64,000 nucleotides of DNA from Deltaproteobacteria bacterium (GTDB lineage: Bacteria > SAR324 > XYD2-FULL-50-16), in contig JABHWU010000095.1 of assembly GCA_018657625.1 (NCBI GenBank), forward strand, positions 4,962 to 68,961, given 5' to 3'. Positions 17,022-28,698 of the stretch are shown piece after piece; the stretch's first letter is position 1; each line of letters starts with the position of its first letter. Position numbers and translations under genes: made by a program. The notes under the pieces are model-generated. The model was not told the origin of the DNA. It worked only from the letters and a program-made list of their open reading frames with translations, and ran no database searches.

Positions 17022-17056
17022 AAAAAAGGGGAACGATCAATCCCCCTTTTTTATTG
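17022..17056 (-). terminator. possible intrinsic terminator after the 17067-18569 gene
   Basis: A6-GGGGA-acgatcaa-TCCCC-CT6. The stem is short (5 bp), with U-tracts possible on either strand. Confidence 0.4.
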
Positions 17057-17066
17057 TTTATTGAGC

Positions 17067-18569
17067 TTATTGTTTCGCAATAACCTTTTCACGTAATTTG
17101 TCAATCTTCTTCAATAGTTGCTGGTTACCAGTAAAGGCTTCAGCCTGATCTAATGTTAACATGACGTCAGACACTTCTGAATTATTTAAAGTATCCATAC
17201 CCAGTTTGTTAGTTACGACTTTAATGGCTGCCGCAATATAAGTCTCTCGCAGTTGATTTCTACTGGTCAAGGCACTGAATAATTGATCATCGGTCTCAGC
17301 GTATAGAGCTGCTTCCTCAAACAGTTTAATACCTGCGATGAGTTTTTCCTGTTTTAATTTCAAGTCAGTGATCCCGTCTGATTCTTTAGCTGCATTTGCG
17401 GCATTGATAAAAGCTCTACCAAAATCTGAGTCTTTCTTAATAGCCTTTGTGATACGAATATCTTTGGCAGAAGACTGTTCGGCTTCCTCTCTTTTCTTCG
17501 CCTCAAGGAGCATTCCCCGGCTTAGAACAGTTTGATCCATTAAGTTGAAAAAGGAGACAAAAACGGAATTATCACTGTTTTTATAAATCACTGGTGGTAA
17601 ATCCATTACTGTCGGATTAAATGATGCTCTCAATAGAACACGTTTGCTATATTTGGGGTTCTTCACTACTGAAATATTATAGAGATATTCCAAATTGGCA
17701 ATGGGTGCTATCTCAAACTTTTTTTCACTATTAGGAAGTGTAATATCCAGTATGAACTCCTGTTTTTTAGCTTTGGTTCTTTTATTATACTGGACGCGTT
17801 CATAGATCTCATAAGGGAAGTGATCACCATTGATTTGAATCGGTTGATCGAAAAGTATTTCAATCCCAAATTGTGATACACCATCTTCAGGAACCTTTTT
17901 TTCATGAGCCACAATTTTAGTGACATGATAAGCTCTATCAAAGGTTGGTGCCGTTGATTGTTGTTCATAAAAAAGCAATTTGTTTTTCATTAATCGATAG
18001 GCATCTTCATAAGTCAGCAATTCACTGATACCATTAAACAGATCAATAATATACCGGTATTTGCTACCGGTCGTATTTCGTCCAAATGCAATCTCACCGG
18101 GGTTGATCAAATTAAATGACTTAATCCTAAATCTGAATTGATTGCCTTCCAAAGGATCACCCGCGTCATATTCTTTAATATAAATGTTCGCTTTAAGTGC
18201 CAGTCGATGAAATTTGTTTTTATCCAGAATAACAAATCTGGAATCATTATTATCAGGAAATAAAATGCTTTGATTATTGGCCAACTTCAACTTATCGTCA
18301 CGGGCCCATTTATAAATCTGATTAATATACCATTTTTGAGAACTACCATCACTTAGAATCACCGAAATATAATAGTCCTGAATATTGTCATTTTGAACAT
18401 AGGTTGATGAAATCGTATAGCGATTGTCAAAATTCCCTTTGTCCAGAACTCGGGCTAATTCTAAGGCGGTTTCCTTATCAGTATATTTAGGTACACCTAG
18501 AACCGGAAACGTCCAGAACAAGGTCAATACTGAACAAATCAGTAAATAAAATATCTTATGCGGCTTCAT
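17067..18569 (-). CDS. hypothetical secreted protein
   Basis: 500 aa. Signal peptide MKPHKIFYLLICSVLTLFWTFPVLG. No known motif recognised. Confidence 0.6.
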   Translation of the reverse strand: MKPHKIFYLLICSVLTLFWTFPVLGVPKYTDKETALELARVLDKGNFDNRYTISSTYVQNDNIQDYYISVILSDGSSQKWYINQIYKWARDDKLKLANNQSILFPDNNDSRFVILDKNKFHRLALKANIYIKEYDAGDPLEGNQFRFRIKSFNLINPGEIAFGRNTTGSKYRYIIDLFNGISELLTYEDAYRLMKNKLLFYEQQSTAPTFDRAYHVTKIVAHEKKVPEDGVSQFGIEILFDQPIQINGDHFPYEIYERVQYNKRTKAKKQEFILDITLPNSEKKFEIAPIANLEYLYNISVVKNPKYSKRVLLRASFNPTVMDLPPVIYKNSDNSVFVSFFNLMDQTVLSRGMLLEAKKREEAEQSSAKDIRITKAIKKDSDFGRAFINAANAAKESDGITDLKLKQEKLIAGIKLFEEAALYAETDDQLFSALTSRNQLRETYIAAAIKVVTNKLGMDTLNNSEVSDVMLTLDQAEAFTGNQQLLKKIDKLREKVIAKQ

Positions 18570-18627
18570 TGATTATCCTTGAAAGGTGTTAAAGGGTTAA
18601 ATTCATTCAGAAACAATTATATTTAAA

Positions 18628-19587
18628 TTATTTATAGTCTTTACCCAGGAAAATTTCGATATCAATACCAATTTTCTCATTCTGATTTTTTAATGGCACT
18701 ACTTTTTGTTCCCCTGGAATCAGTTCTGCCAAAAATAGCGCTGATTTCAAGAAATTTTCCCGAAAGTAAATGGTTGATTGTGGATATTTATCAGACCGGG
18801 CATTGGCAATATTAACGATATCCAACTTAAGTCCCAGAGATTCTTCTATTTTTTGTTTCTTTATTTTTCCCAGATAGACAGAAAGTTTATAAGCTCTTCT
18901 GGAAAAGCCGCTGGCATTTAATATGGAAACCTGCATGACACTGGGTTTTTTAAACCGCTGGATTATTTCCTGGGTCTCCATACTAGCATTAGTATTATTT
19001 GTCGTTTCAGAAGGTGAGGGACTGATTTCTGGTTCAGAGGCTTCTATCGGGGCAGCTGCTTCTATCGGGGCAGCTGCTTCTATTGAGGCAACCGCTTCTT
19101 CCATTTCCTCCTCCTCCTCTACTTTTATTGGCTGTTCAGCCACCAATTCAAATTTCATCTCGCTATTTGAAATGGGGCTTTTTAAATATGGTTTTAGATT
19201 CACCCGGCTCTGAACAATTAAAATAACCTTGTAGACTAATTCACCATCAACAACCTCTTGTTTTTGATCGATTTGTATGTTTTCCAATGGTTTGTCCGCC
19301 TCAAAGGGAATAAAAGTATTCGGAATACTTTCGTCATCAATGATAGCATGGGGAATACCCAGCATAAATTTTTTATCAACAGCCTGAAGCGTTGCATCTC
19401 CTAATGAATCAGGTTGTAATATTCCCTGTATAACCAAATAATTCTTGTTGTTTTCACTAAGCAGTGAAATATTTTTAATAATATTGCCTTGTATAGTGCC
19501 AGTCTGACCACTGGCAACAGTCGCAAAAAACAAACTGATTATCAAAAAGACAAACAGTTTAAAGGCTTGTGATTGATGTTTAATCAT
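18628..19587 (-). CDS. hypothetical secreted protein with LytR_C-like C-terminal domain
   Basis: 319 aa with a signal peptide and an acidic AAPIEAAAPIEASEPE repeat. C-terminal block VSILNASGFSRRAYKLSVYL...STIYFRENFLKSALFLAELI resembles LytR C-terminal domains. Confidence 0.45.
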   Translation of the reverse strand: MIKHQSQAFKLFVFLIISLFFATVASGQTGTIQGNIIKNISLLSENNKNYLVIQGILQPDSLGDATLQAVDKKFMLGIPHAIIDDESIPNTFIPFEADKPLENIQIDQKQEVVDGELVYKVILIVQSRVNLKPYLKSPISNSEMKFELVAEQPIKVEEEEEMEEAVASIEAAAPIEAAAPIEASEPEISPSPSETTNNTNASMETQEIIQRFKKPSVMQVSILNASGFSRRAYKLSVYLGKIKKQKIEESLGLKLDIVNIANARSDKYPQSTIYFRENFLKSALFLAELIPGEQKVVPLKNQNEKIGIDIEIFLGKDYK

Positions 19588-19970
19588 GCTTGTACTCCAT
19601 TGGAGAGTTAATTCACCATTCTTACTAATTTAAAGATGTCGCAGCACCTCAATGCACAAAAAGGACCAGAATTTAAAAATACTCTATTTGATGACGAACA
19701 TAGATAAAACCGATGGATTTTATCTATCATTCAATGATCGTTCCCCCATCTGTAACTCCGATATCACAAATTATATAAAAAAAAGATGAATTAAAAAACA
19801 AAATCTTTAATTAATTTAATTTTTTCAATGAAATTCATTTGAAATTCCATTAAAATGACGAAAGTTAATTGATAAATCAGTATTTTTAGCGTAATAACAT
19901 GGAATAAAATTAACATTTAAGGAAAAAATTAATCAACGTCTATTTTAAGAAATTAATATTCAGGAATCCA

Positions 19971-21350
19971 ATGTTTATTAAATGTCAGCATTGTAAAGCC
20001 ACTTATAAAATTGATGTCAATAAAATACCTTCAGAAAAGTCCTACGTTAAATGTTCAAACTGCTCTAAACCAATACCTTTAAATCCAAATGTTGAAGAAA
20101 ACGAAACAGTGGAACCCAAAGGGCATGTTGTTGAATGTGATAATTGTTCTTCAAGATATTTGATACCATTAGAAACGATAGCGCATAAGGCATTAAAGGT
20201 TCGTTGCGGAAAATGTAGCAATTTATTTACAGTACCTGCTTTAGACCAGGGTATGCCTGAAGATAAAACAATCGACGGGTCTGATCTTGAATCAGACTCA
20301 TCTGCTAAAACGACATCGATAGATCAGGATCTATCATTTGATGCAGATTTCAACGATTTGGATCCAGCAGAACAGGACGCCTTAAACTCCAGTGATATAT
20401 TCGGAGATGATGATTTAAACGATTCAGAAAATGATTCCGGTTTTCCATCCATTGAAGATAACAATGAAGATGGTGACATTGATCTGGATATTTCGGAATT
20501 TTCCAGCAAGCCGCCTGTTGATGCTACAGCGGAATATTTGAAGTCTGTTAATTATGAAGATGAATCAGATGATGATTCTGAATTAGATAGTGATTTAAAT
20601 ATCAGTTCAGTGGCTTCTGATCAAAAGTACAAGTTTTTCCTGAAACCAAACGGAGAAAAACAGGACAGTAAAACCATTGAAGAAGATCTGGCTGAACACT
20701 GGCCTGAAATTCAAGATGAAACAGACGATATTGAAACAGAAATCGAGCTGGATATGCCAGATTCAAGTTATGACTCTGCTTTATCCAAAAAACAGAAACC
20801 TGGAAAAAAATCCGCAAAAGGAAAAAAAGTTGCCGCTATCATTTTTATTATACTACTGGTAGCTGTTGCAGGCTTTTTAGCCTGGATGTTACTGGAAAAA
20901 AAAGGTGGACCAAATGTTTTATTGCAACCCTTTGATATTCAATCAGAAAAACTGAAAATTCATATACAGGAACCTCTAAATGGGCGTTATGTTGTCAACA
21001 GGACCATGAAAAAAAAGATTTTTGTGCTGCAGGGCTCTATTAAAAATTTCTATCCTTCAGGCATCAAAATCAGTAGCGTTAAGGTCAAAGGAACCCTTTA
21101 TAACAATCTGGAGGTTGTTATTGCAGAATCTACAGTCTTTGCCGGTAATTTTTTAAGTGAAAAACAGCTCCAGACTTACAGTGAAGCCAAGATGAATTCA
21201 TTTTATGATTTTCAGTTCGGGCAGAATAATGTCAATCTGGACTTAGGCGTCAATCAGGTGATTCCATTTCAAGTGGTTTTTCTGCAGATACCAGGAAAGT
21301 TCCACAAACTGGAAGCTAAAATCGAAAATTTTTCTAAAAACACCAAATAA
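19971..21350 (+). CDS. MJ0042-type zinc-ribbon protein with DUF3426-like C-terminal domain
   Basis: 459 aa. Two CxxC...CxxC ribbons (CQHCKATYKI...CSNCSKP; CDNCSSRYLI...CGKCSNLFTV). Then a long acidic linker, one TM helix (VAAIIFIILLVAVAGFLAWML) and a beta-rich tail. Confidence 0.65.
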   Translation: MFIKCQHCKATYKIDVNKIPSEKSYVKCSNCSKPIPLNPNVEENETVEPKGHVVECDNCSSRYLIPLETIAHKALKVRCGKCSNLFTVPALDQGMPEDKTIDGSDLESDSSAKTTSIDQDLSFDADFNDLDPAEQDALNSSDIFGDDDLNDSENDSGFPSIEDNNEDGDIDLDISEFSSKPPVDATAEYLKSVNYEDESDDDSELDSDLNISSVASDQKYKFFLKPNGEKQDSKTIEEDLAEHWPEIQDETDDIETEIELDMPDSSYDSALSKKQKPGKKSAKGKKVAAIIFIILLVAVAGFLAWMLLEKKGGPNVLLQPFDIQSEKLKIHIQEPLNGRYVVNRTMKKKIFVLQGSIKNFYPSGIKISSVKVKGTLYNNLEVVIAESTVFAGNFLSEKQLQTYSEAKMNSFYDFQFGQNNVNLDLGVNQVIPFQVVFLQIPGKFHKLEAKIENFSKNTK

Positions 21351-21351
21351 A

Positions 21352-21386
21352 AAAAGGTGGTTGAAGATAACCCTCAACCACCTTTC
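21352..21386. terminator. bidirectional intrinsic terminator between convergent genes
   Basis: AAAAAA-GGTGGTTGA-agataaccc-TCAACCACC-TTTC (stem 21355-21363 / 21373-21381). Confidence 0.65.
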
Positions 21387-21421
21387 TCACTGCATTTATT
21401 CACTAAACCAGCTGGGTTTAA

Positions 21422-23281
21422 CTAAGCTTCAACCTCTTCGAGACTCTCATCCATTTTTTGAAGTACTGAGGTAAACTTTTTATTCATATCATCTTCATCG
21501 ACGATTGATCGTAAACTGTTTGGGCCATCACTGGCTTGCTCCACAAACCCTGAAGAAACTCTAATCAGAAATTCATTCAGTACATTAGACATAGAATTCA
21601 TTGTCGTTCGTTTTCTTTTTACAGAAGTAATATCCACCTCAAGTACTAACCCCTGCTGGACATGGTGTGGGTTAATTTGAGTTGAAAATTTTTGGAAAGC
21701 GTCTTCCAAAAATTTAATTCTTTTGTCTAATATTCTCCTTTGTGGAGGATATTGATTGGTAAAGATTTTGACTAATTTTTTAACCATCAATTGAATTTTC
21801 TTTTTCAGATCTTTATTATAGTCAATATATGTTGTTTCACGTTTTCCATTTTCAGTCTGTTTCAGAAAGGATATTTCATACCATAAATGATCATCATTCC
21901 CGTTAGTAGCCTCACTCTTACTAAAAAAGCCTTTAGGCTGACCCTGACCCAGGACTTCTTTAGATACGTCACGGTAGGTTCGAATACCATTTTGAATGTT
22001 ATATTCAGCCTGAACTTTTTCAATGACTTTACCGACTTTATCAACTTCATCCTTCAGTTCTTCAGCCTGGAGATCGTATGACCGTCGCAACCCTTCCAGT
22101 TGTTCTGAACTAAAATAACTCAGGCGTAAACCGAATGTTTCATCTGGCAATTCCTGCTTTATGATAGAAGCATACTCCCGAACAACGCAAACCCGGGCAT
22201 TTTTATAGTTATCAATAAATTGATAACCCAGCTTGGATGAATCTAAAATTGTGGTCATCGAGTTTACCACTTTGTTGAAACCTTTGTTTCTGATATTTTC
22301 GTTGTCAATAATTTGTTCTACGTGATCCTTCACTGAAAAATTTTCATCTTCAGTATCAATTACCTCTAAACTATCGAAAAACTTCTTAGCTACAAAATCG
22401 TATCGCTTACTATTTTCATCTTCTTTATCTTCTTTTATGGATAGAAAATTATCCAATTCATTCAGTTTTTCAGATAAAACCTCACCTTGATTCAATTCTT
22501 CCTGTCCTTCATCGACACGGCTGAAATTAAGTTCCTCAATTTTTTTATCGATTTGATCATGGATATGCAGGGAAATCGTTTCCGTTAAAAGATCCTGAAT
22601 GGGTCGTTGGTAATGATAGATCGGAATTAAAAGTTCTGAATCCAATACATTGATAGCCAATTTAACATCGACGACGGTTTCCGGTTTTATGACATTATTT
22701 TTAAAGGCACATTTAACAATGGCATAGGCATTTTCTTTTCGAATAAATGAACCAACATCATCTTTTTGTCGAAGAATCGTATTTGTTTTATTTTCGAGTT
22801 CGTTAACACCATGTTGAATATGGCCTTGCAAATGCCCGTAGATATTTGCAATAGATTTCTCAATTTCAGAGGTATTGAATTTCTCTTCACCACCGATTTT
22901 GCTCATAATTTCAGTGATTGCACGAGGGGTGTAACGATTCAGTTGGTTGAACTCTTCCCGGTCAATTAAATCACGATATTTCTTTAGTAATTCATCTTCT
23001 GCAGTAACCAGGTAACGGCTCTGCATATTCTGTAAGTTTTGGTTATAATAATTATGGAGTTTATCTTTGACACCACCCATGATGTCCATCTTATCGAGAA
23101 CTTCAGGGGGTAATTTAGATTTGACGTGATTCAATATTTTATCGACCTCTTCGTCAACAATCAGACTGGATTCTAAATACTCATTTCTATTATCTCGATT
23201 AAGACTATTTCGACTCCCTACAGCACTTGGTTTTTCGGGATGAATATAATTAGGACCTCTGGCAATATTTTCTTTTATCAC
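21422..23281 (-). CDS. hypothetical cytoplasmic, largely helical/acidic protein
   Basis: 619-aa ORF with a GTG start. No P-loop, TM helix or known motif seen. Confidence 0.55.
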   Translation of the reverse strand: MIKENIARGPNYIHPEKPSAVGSRNSLNRDNRNEYLESSLIVDEEVDKILNHVKSKLPPEVLDKMDIMGGVKDKLHNYYNQNLQNMQSRYLVTAEDELLKKYRDLIDREEFNQLNRYTPRAITEIMSKIGGEEKFNTSEIEKSIANIYGHLQGHIQHGVNELENKTNTILRQKDDVGSFIRKENAYAIVKCAFKNNVIKPETVVDVKLAINVLDSELLIPIYHYQRPIQDLLTETISLHIHDQIDKKIEELNFSRVDEGQEELNQGEVLSEKLNELDNFLSIKEDKEDENSKRYDFVAKKFFDSLEVIDTEDENFSVKDHVEQIIDNENIRNKGFNKVVNSMTTILDSSKLGYQFIDNYKNARVCVVREYASIIKQELPDETFGLRLSYFSSEQLEGLRRSYDLQAEELKDEVDKVGKVIEKVQAEYNIQNGIRTYRDVSKEVLGQGQPKGFFSKSEATNGNDDHLWYEISFLKQTENGKRETTYIDYNKDLKKKIQLMVKKLVKIFTNQYPPQRRILDKRIKFLEDAFQKFSTQINPHHVQQGLVLEVDITSVKRKRTTMNSMSNVLNEFLIRVSSGFVEQASDGPNSLRSIVDEDDMNKKFTSVLQKMDESLEEVEA

Positions 23282-23627
23282 GCTTGTACCTCCGAGTGTT
23301 TACTGTCGATTAACTCACATTCGTTAATAGAGTGGGATATATACTCAGTAATGTATACGATATTGGTCATTGAAAAAAACTATTATGTATATTTCGTTGA
23401 AAACCCGAAAGAAGTCAAATGGAAATCAGTCTTTTGTTTGGATTTTCACACACCCACAATATTTGAATATTTTAATTTATTAGTAGATTTATTTTAATTA
23501 ATGCAGTTTTACACTGAATTCTCTTAAAAATCAAATCAAACCCATATCTAAAATTTCTTTTTGGTGATACCGCTGGTTTTATGGATATTGCTAAGTGACA
23601 TGCAGCCATTCTACAGTTAATGTGGAT

Positions 23628-23827
23628 ACCACGGAACACACAGACCTTACGGAAATTTTCAGCATACCGCATAAACAGCACGGCGATATTTATCTCCGTA
23701 ACAATCTTTTTTCAGTGTGGTCCGTGTGGTCCGTGGTTAATTGCGCAGCTTTGAGTTTAAGACCCCGCCCCTTAGGGCATTCTATCATTGCGTGAATACC
23801 ACGTCCGCTGACGCCGGGGTAGTTCAT
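23628..23827. repeat. composite repeat block: A - B(long, inverted)
   Basis: 23628-23737 is a full family A unit with both termini. 23738-23827 is the reverse complement of ATGAACTACCCCGGCGTCAGCGGACGTGGTATTCACGCAATGATAGAATGCCC.... The A/B junction (AAAGCTGCGCAATTAACCACGG) is the same as at 14166-14190. Confidence 0.85.
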
Positions 23828-23838
23828 GGGATGATAAT

Positions 23839-24711
23839 TTATTTTAGAGCTTCTATCATCGTATCACCGATAGCTGCCGGTGTCGGTGACACATAAATAC
23901 CTGCTTTTTGCAAAGCTTTTATTTTCCCTGCAGCGGTACCTTGTCCACCGGAAACAATCGCCCCGGCATGACCCATCCGTCTTCCCGGGGGAGCTGTTCG
24001 ACCTGAAATGAACGAGACAATTGGCTTGGTAACATATTGCTGAGCAAATTCAGCTGCTTCTTCTTCTGCTGTTCCACCTATTTCTCCAATCATGACAATT
24101 GCTTTAGTAGCAGCATCATCCTGAAAAAGCTGAAGTGTATCAATAAAATTTGTGCCGTTGATCGGGTCTCCTCCGATTCCGATACAGGTTGTTTGCCCCA
24201 ATCCAACTTTTGTCAATTGATCAACAGCCTCGTAAGTTAAGGTTCCGGATCTTGAAACAACACCGACAGCTCCTTGTTTATGAATAAAACCCGGCATAAT
24301 ACCAATTTTACATTCACCCGGGGTTATAATACCAGGACAATTAGGCCCGATTAATCGGGTTTTAGAACCTTTTAAAGCACTGGCTACCGTTACCATATCA
24401 ACAACAGGTACCCCTTCTGTGATGGCGACAACTAATTCGATTTCTGCATCTATGGCTTCCAAAATGGCATCTGCACAAAACGGAGGTGGTACGAAAATCA
24501 TCGAACAATTAGCACTTGTAGCAGTAACCGCATCTTTAACAGTATTAAAAACGGGGGTACCATCATGTTCCATGCCACCTTTTCCAGGGGTTACCCCTGC
24601 TACAATTTGTGTATCACAATATTCCTTACAGGCTTTGGTATGTAATGACCCCTGAGAACCAGTAATTCCCTGTACCAAAATTTTTGTATCTTTATTTACG
24701 AGTACACTCAT
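23839..24711 (-). CDS. sucD: succinate--CoA ligase subunit alpha
   Basis: 290 aa. GITGSQG CoA-binding motif, SRSGTLTYE, and the phosphohistidine loop GHAGAI. Confidence 0.95.
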   Translation of the reverse strand: MSVLVNKDTKILVQGITGSQGSLHTKACKEYCDTQIVAGVTPGKGGMEHDGTPVFNTVKDAVTATSANCSMIFVPPPFCADAILEAIDAEIELVVAITEGVPVVDMVTVASALKGSKTRLIGPNCPGIITPGECKIGIMPGFIHKQGAVGVVSRSGTLTYEAVDQLTKVGLGQTTCIGIGGDPINGTNFIDTLQLFQDDAATKAIVMIGEIGGTAEEEAAEFAQQYVTKPIVSFISGRTAPPGRRMGHAGAIVSGGQGTAAGKIKALQKAGIYVSPTPAAIGDTMIEALK

Positions 24712-24750
24712 AAGATAGTCCTACTTTATTTTTTGATGGATGATAATTAA

Positions 24751-25929
24751 TTAACTTTTTGAAATTTCAACCGCTTTCTGAGCAGCATCGGCAAAAGCTT
24801 TTACCATAATCACACGCTCTCCTAAACCGGAATTCGCAATAATATCTTCAGCTTTGTCAGCATTAGTGCCCTGCAATCTAATGACAACAGGTACCTGCAC
24901 ATCTACCTGTTTATAGGCAGTTACAACACCTTGCGCAATAATATCACATTGGACAATTCCACCAAAGATATTAACAAAGATACATTTTACATTTTCATCT
25001 TTTGTAATTAATTTAAATGCCTCTTCAACTCTTTTTGTATCAGCTGTCCCTCCAACATCGAGAAAGTTCGCCGGAAAAGAGCCATAATGCTGGATAATAT
25101 CCATTGTCGCCATTGCCAGCCCCGCACCATTTACCATACAACCAATGGAACCATCCAGTTTTATAAAATTCAGATCGTGTTTACTGGCTTCTACCTCAGC
25201 AGGATCTTCTTCATCTAAATCCCGAAGTTTTAAAGTATCTGCATGCCTGAAAAGTGCATTGGAATCGAAACCCATTTTGCAATCCAAGGCTAAAATTCTG
25301 TCATCTCCGGTGATAACCACGGGATTAATTTCCAGTAAAGAACAGTCTTCCTGTATAAAAGCTGTATAAAGTCCCATAAAAAATGAGGCAGCTTGTCGAA
25401 TCATTTTTGGACCGTATTGTTCCAGCTTAAGTCCAAAAGCCAATCTTTGAGCTTGATAAGGTCTTAAACCAATCGTGGGATTAATGGTTTCTTTTAGAAT
25501 TTTCTCAGGAGTTTTTTCCGCAACCTCTTCTATGTCCATCCCACCTTCTGTTGACGCCAGCAAAACAACCTGTTGAGTGGCACGGTCAATCAGAACAGAA
25601 AAATAGAGTTCTGATTTAATATCCATTCCTTCTTCAATCAAGAGCGTTTTTACTTTTTGTCCTGCCGGTCCTGTTTGTTTGGTGATTAACTGCATTCCCA
25701 AAATATCAGAGGCATTTGTTTTTACTGCTTCCAAACCTTTTGAAACTTTTACGCCACCCCCTTTTCCCCGACCGCCGGCATGAATCTGGGCTTTGACAAC
25801 ACAGACTTCTTTTTCAAGTTTTTTGGCTGCATCCAATGCTTCAGCAACCGTTTTAGCAATCAATCCTTTTGGTACAGCAACACCATAACGGGAAACGATG
25901 TTTTTGGCTTGAAATTCGTGTATTTTCAT
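24751..25929 (-). CDS. sucC: succinate--CoA ligase (ADP-forming) subunit beta
   Basis: 392 aa. MKIHEFQAK start, ATP-grasp block, GGIVQCD near the C-terminus. Adjacent to sucD. Confidence 0.95.
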   Translation of the reverse strand: MKIHEFQAKNIVSRYGVAVPKGLIAKTVAEALDAAKKLEKEVCVVKAQIHAGGRGKGGGVKVSKGLEAVKTNASDILGMQLITKQTGPAGQKVKTLLIEEGMDIKSELYFSVLIDRATQQVVLLASTEGGMDIEEVAEKTPEKILKETINPTIGLRPYQAQRLAFGLKLEQYGPKMIRQAASFFMGLYTAFIQEDCSLLEINPVVITGDDRILALDCKMGFDSNALFRHADTLKLRDLDEEDPAEVEASKHDLNFIKLDGSIGCMVNGAGLAMATMDIIQHYGSFPANFLDVGGTADTKRVEEAFKLITKDENVKCIFVNIFGGIVQCDIIAQGVVTAYKQVDVQVPVVIRLQGTNADKAEDIIANSGLGERVIMVKAFADAAQKAVEISKS

Positions 25930-25954
25930 AATTTGTTTTTTGAAACCCTATTAT

Positions 25955-25985
25955 TTAAAAAAAATAGCCGGTTATACCGGCTATT
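25955..25985 (-). terminator. intrinsic terminator downstream of mdh
   Basis: The minus strand reads ATAGCCGGT-ata-ACCGGCTAT followed by T8 (stem 25964-25972 / 25976-25984). Confidence 0.6.
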
Positions 25986-25989
25986 TCAA

Positions 25990-26033
25990 ATGAACTACCC
26001 CACCGCAAGCGAACGGGGTATTAAACCCAAAAA
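25990..26033 (+). repeat. family B repeat, short form
   Basis: ATGAACTACCCCACCGCAAGCGAACGGGGTATTAAACCCAAAAAGG. Confidence 0.8.
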
Positions 26034-26074
26034 GGACTCTAAAAAGCAATTATCAAACTCATTTACTTTTATTA

Positions 26075-27049
<975 letters not shown>

Positions 27050-27442
27050 TTACAATATTTTATAGCTTTTGGTTATTGGGTTGTTTACAAATTTGCCGCC
27101 CACCAACAAATAATCAAAGATATTATAGCTAAAACATAATTTTGAACAAGTAATTTTCCTAAAATAATTGATTTGAATTCTTTTATAAAGATTCTTCTTT
27201 TTACAACATTTTTTTTTGTGGATAATTTGATCGACTAACTTATAAAAAGGTGTCGTCCATTCTGAAAATACCTCAGCCGTGATCAACGATTGATCTTACA
27301 TCATACAAATTTTTAAAAAACGTGAATTGAACATTTGGAAGTTGCGAAACCGGGTAAAGTAGACAAATATGAATCCAGGTAGTGGTTCCAACTATTGTCA
27401 ATGAATACTATTATCGTAAATCCAAATCAACAAATGTAAATA

Positions 27443-28322
27443 TCATGAATCCCGATCAAACCAATCAGAATACTTAAAACCTTTAATCTGATCTGATAAT
27501 TCCTTGGTATGCAAAGCGGTATTTTGAGCTAGCTGAGCCTGCTGATTAGTTGTTTTATCAATATTTTCAGCACCATCGGCCACTTCAGCACTACTTTCAG
27601 CTAATTTATTCAATGTCACACTGATTTCCTGCAAAGAGGTTGTCTGTTCAGCTAAACGTCTGACTTCATTAGCTACCACCGCAAAACCTTTACCCTGCTC
27701 TCTAGCTTTGGCCGATTCAATTGTTGCGTACGGTAGGAAAATTTACAATTGCCAAAACAATAAAAATACCAAAAATCAGATTTTCTTTCTGGTTTTTACC
27801 AATATTCGGATCCAGTGAGACTTTAAGATACCCTGTAGACTCGTATTCTTTCCAGTTGGTATGACAATTAATACAATCTTTCCGCATGGGGATTTCATAG
27901 TAAAAATCCCGTTTATTACCAGCGACATCATGGGCTCTGTAATCACCATCAAAAACCAGGTTCTCACTGATCATGAAATGACAATTTTCACAATTGATAT
28001 CCTCGTATTGACGCAAGTATTCAACACCTTTTTTCGTTTCATGAAGATCAAGTAAGTTCCAGTCACTTCGAATAAAACGACCCCGGCTGTTTTCGTAAAT
28101 ACTTTCATTATAATTGACCAGATTTCCGGAATCATCAATTATAAAAGGTTTTCCAACAGTTACCTCGCCTGACTTATAGTTCATATATTTTCCACGGGCA
28201 AAAACTGCGGTTTCTGTAATATCATCAATTTTTGCTAAATCATCAATTACAGCCTGGAATGATTGTTTCTGACCTTTGGAAGGGGATTTTCCACCAAAAG
28301 CTGATTCAAATCCCCTAAACAT
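27443..28322 (-). pseudogene. decayed methyl-accepting chemotaxis protein with a two-CxxCH (c-type heme) sensor region
   Basis: The upstream frame (27717-28322) has CENCH and CINCH motifs, then a TM helix LIFGIFIVLAIVNF. The downstream frame opens 9 codons before the first frame stops. It reads IFLPYATIESAKAREQGKGFAVVANEVRRLAEQT, the second half of the conserved MCP hairpin tip. The HAMP domain and first methylation helix are missing, there is a 1-nt frame offset, and no N-terminal TM helix. Confidence 0.7.
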
Positions 28323-28698
28323 CTCAGCTGATGTTCTGGCGCTGGTGACTACATGGTTTTAATTTTGGTTTCAATTTTAAGATGTCCCTCAATTCTTATG
28401 ACAGGGTCAATTATAATTTTTCTGCCGTACAATAAACGCCTTATTGAGGAATTTGAATCTGATGGGTGGACATTTTACACTTATTTCTTAATGATATTAT
28501 TCAAGGCTCAACTTAAATTTATTAAAAACGGCTTGCAAGAAAAAAAACATTTGAAAACAATTTTGACATTTTGAGATTCAGGATTGACCCGATCACTGTT
28601 TATAGCCTTTTTACAAGAATTCACAGCGCTTCACATGCTTTACATTAATTACTTGAAATATTTACTCCCGATTTAAGGGAGATCATAATATATCGATC

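Noticed and set aside
27050-27286. 78-aa minus-strand ORF upstream of mdh, and the 28353-28574 plus-strand ORF
   Set aside because: They sit in AT-rich intergenic sequence, give Lys/Ile/Phe-rich low-complexity products, and have no SD sequence or motif. Most likely non-coding promoter regions.
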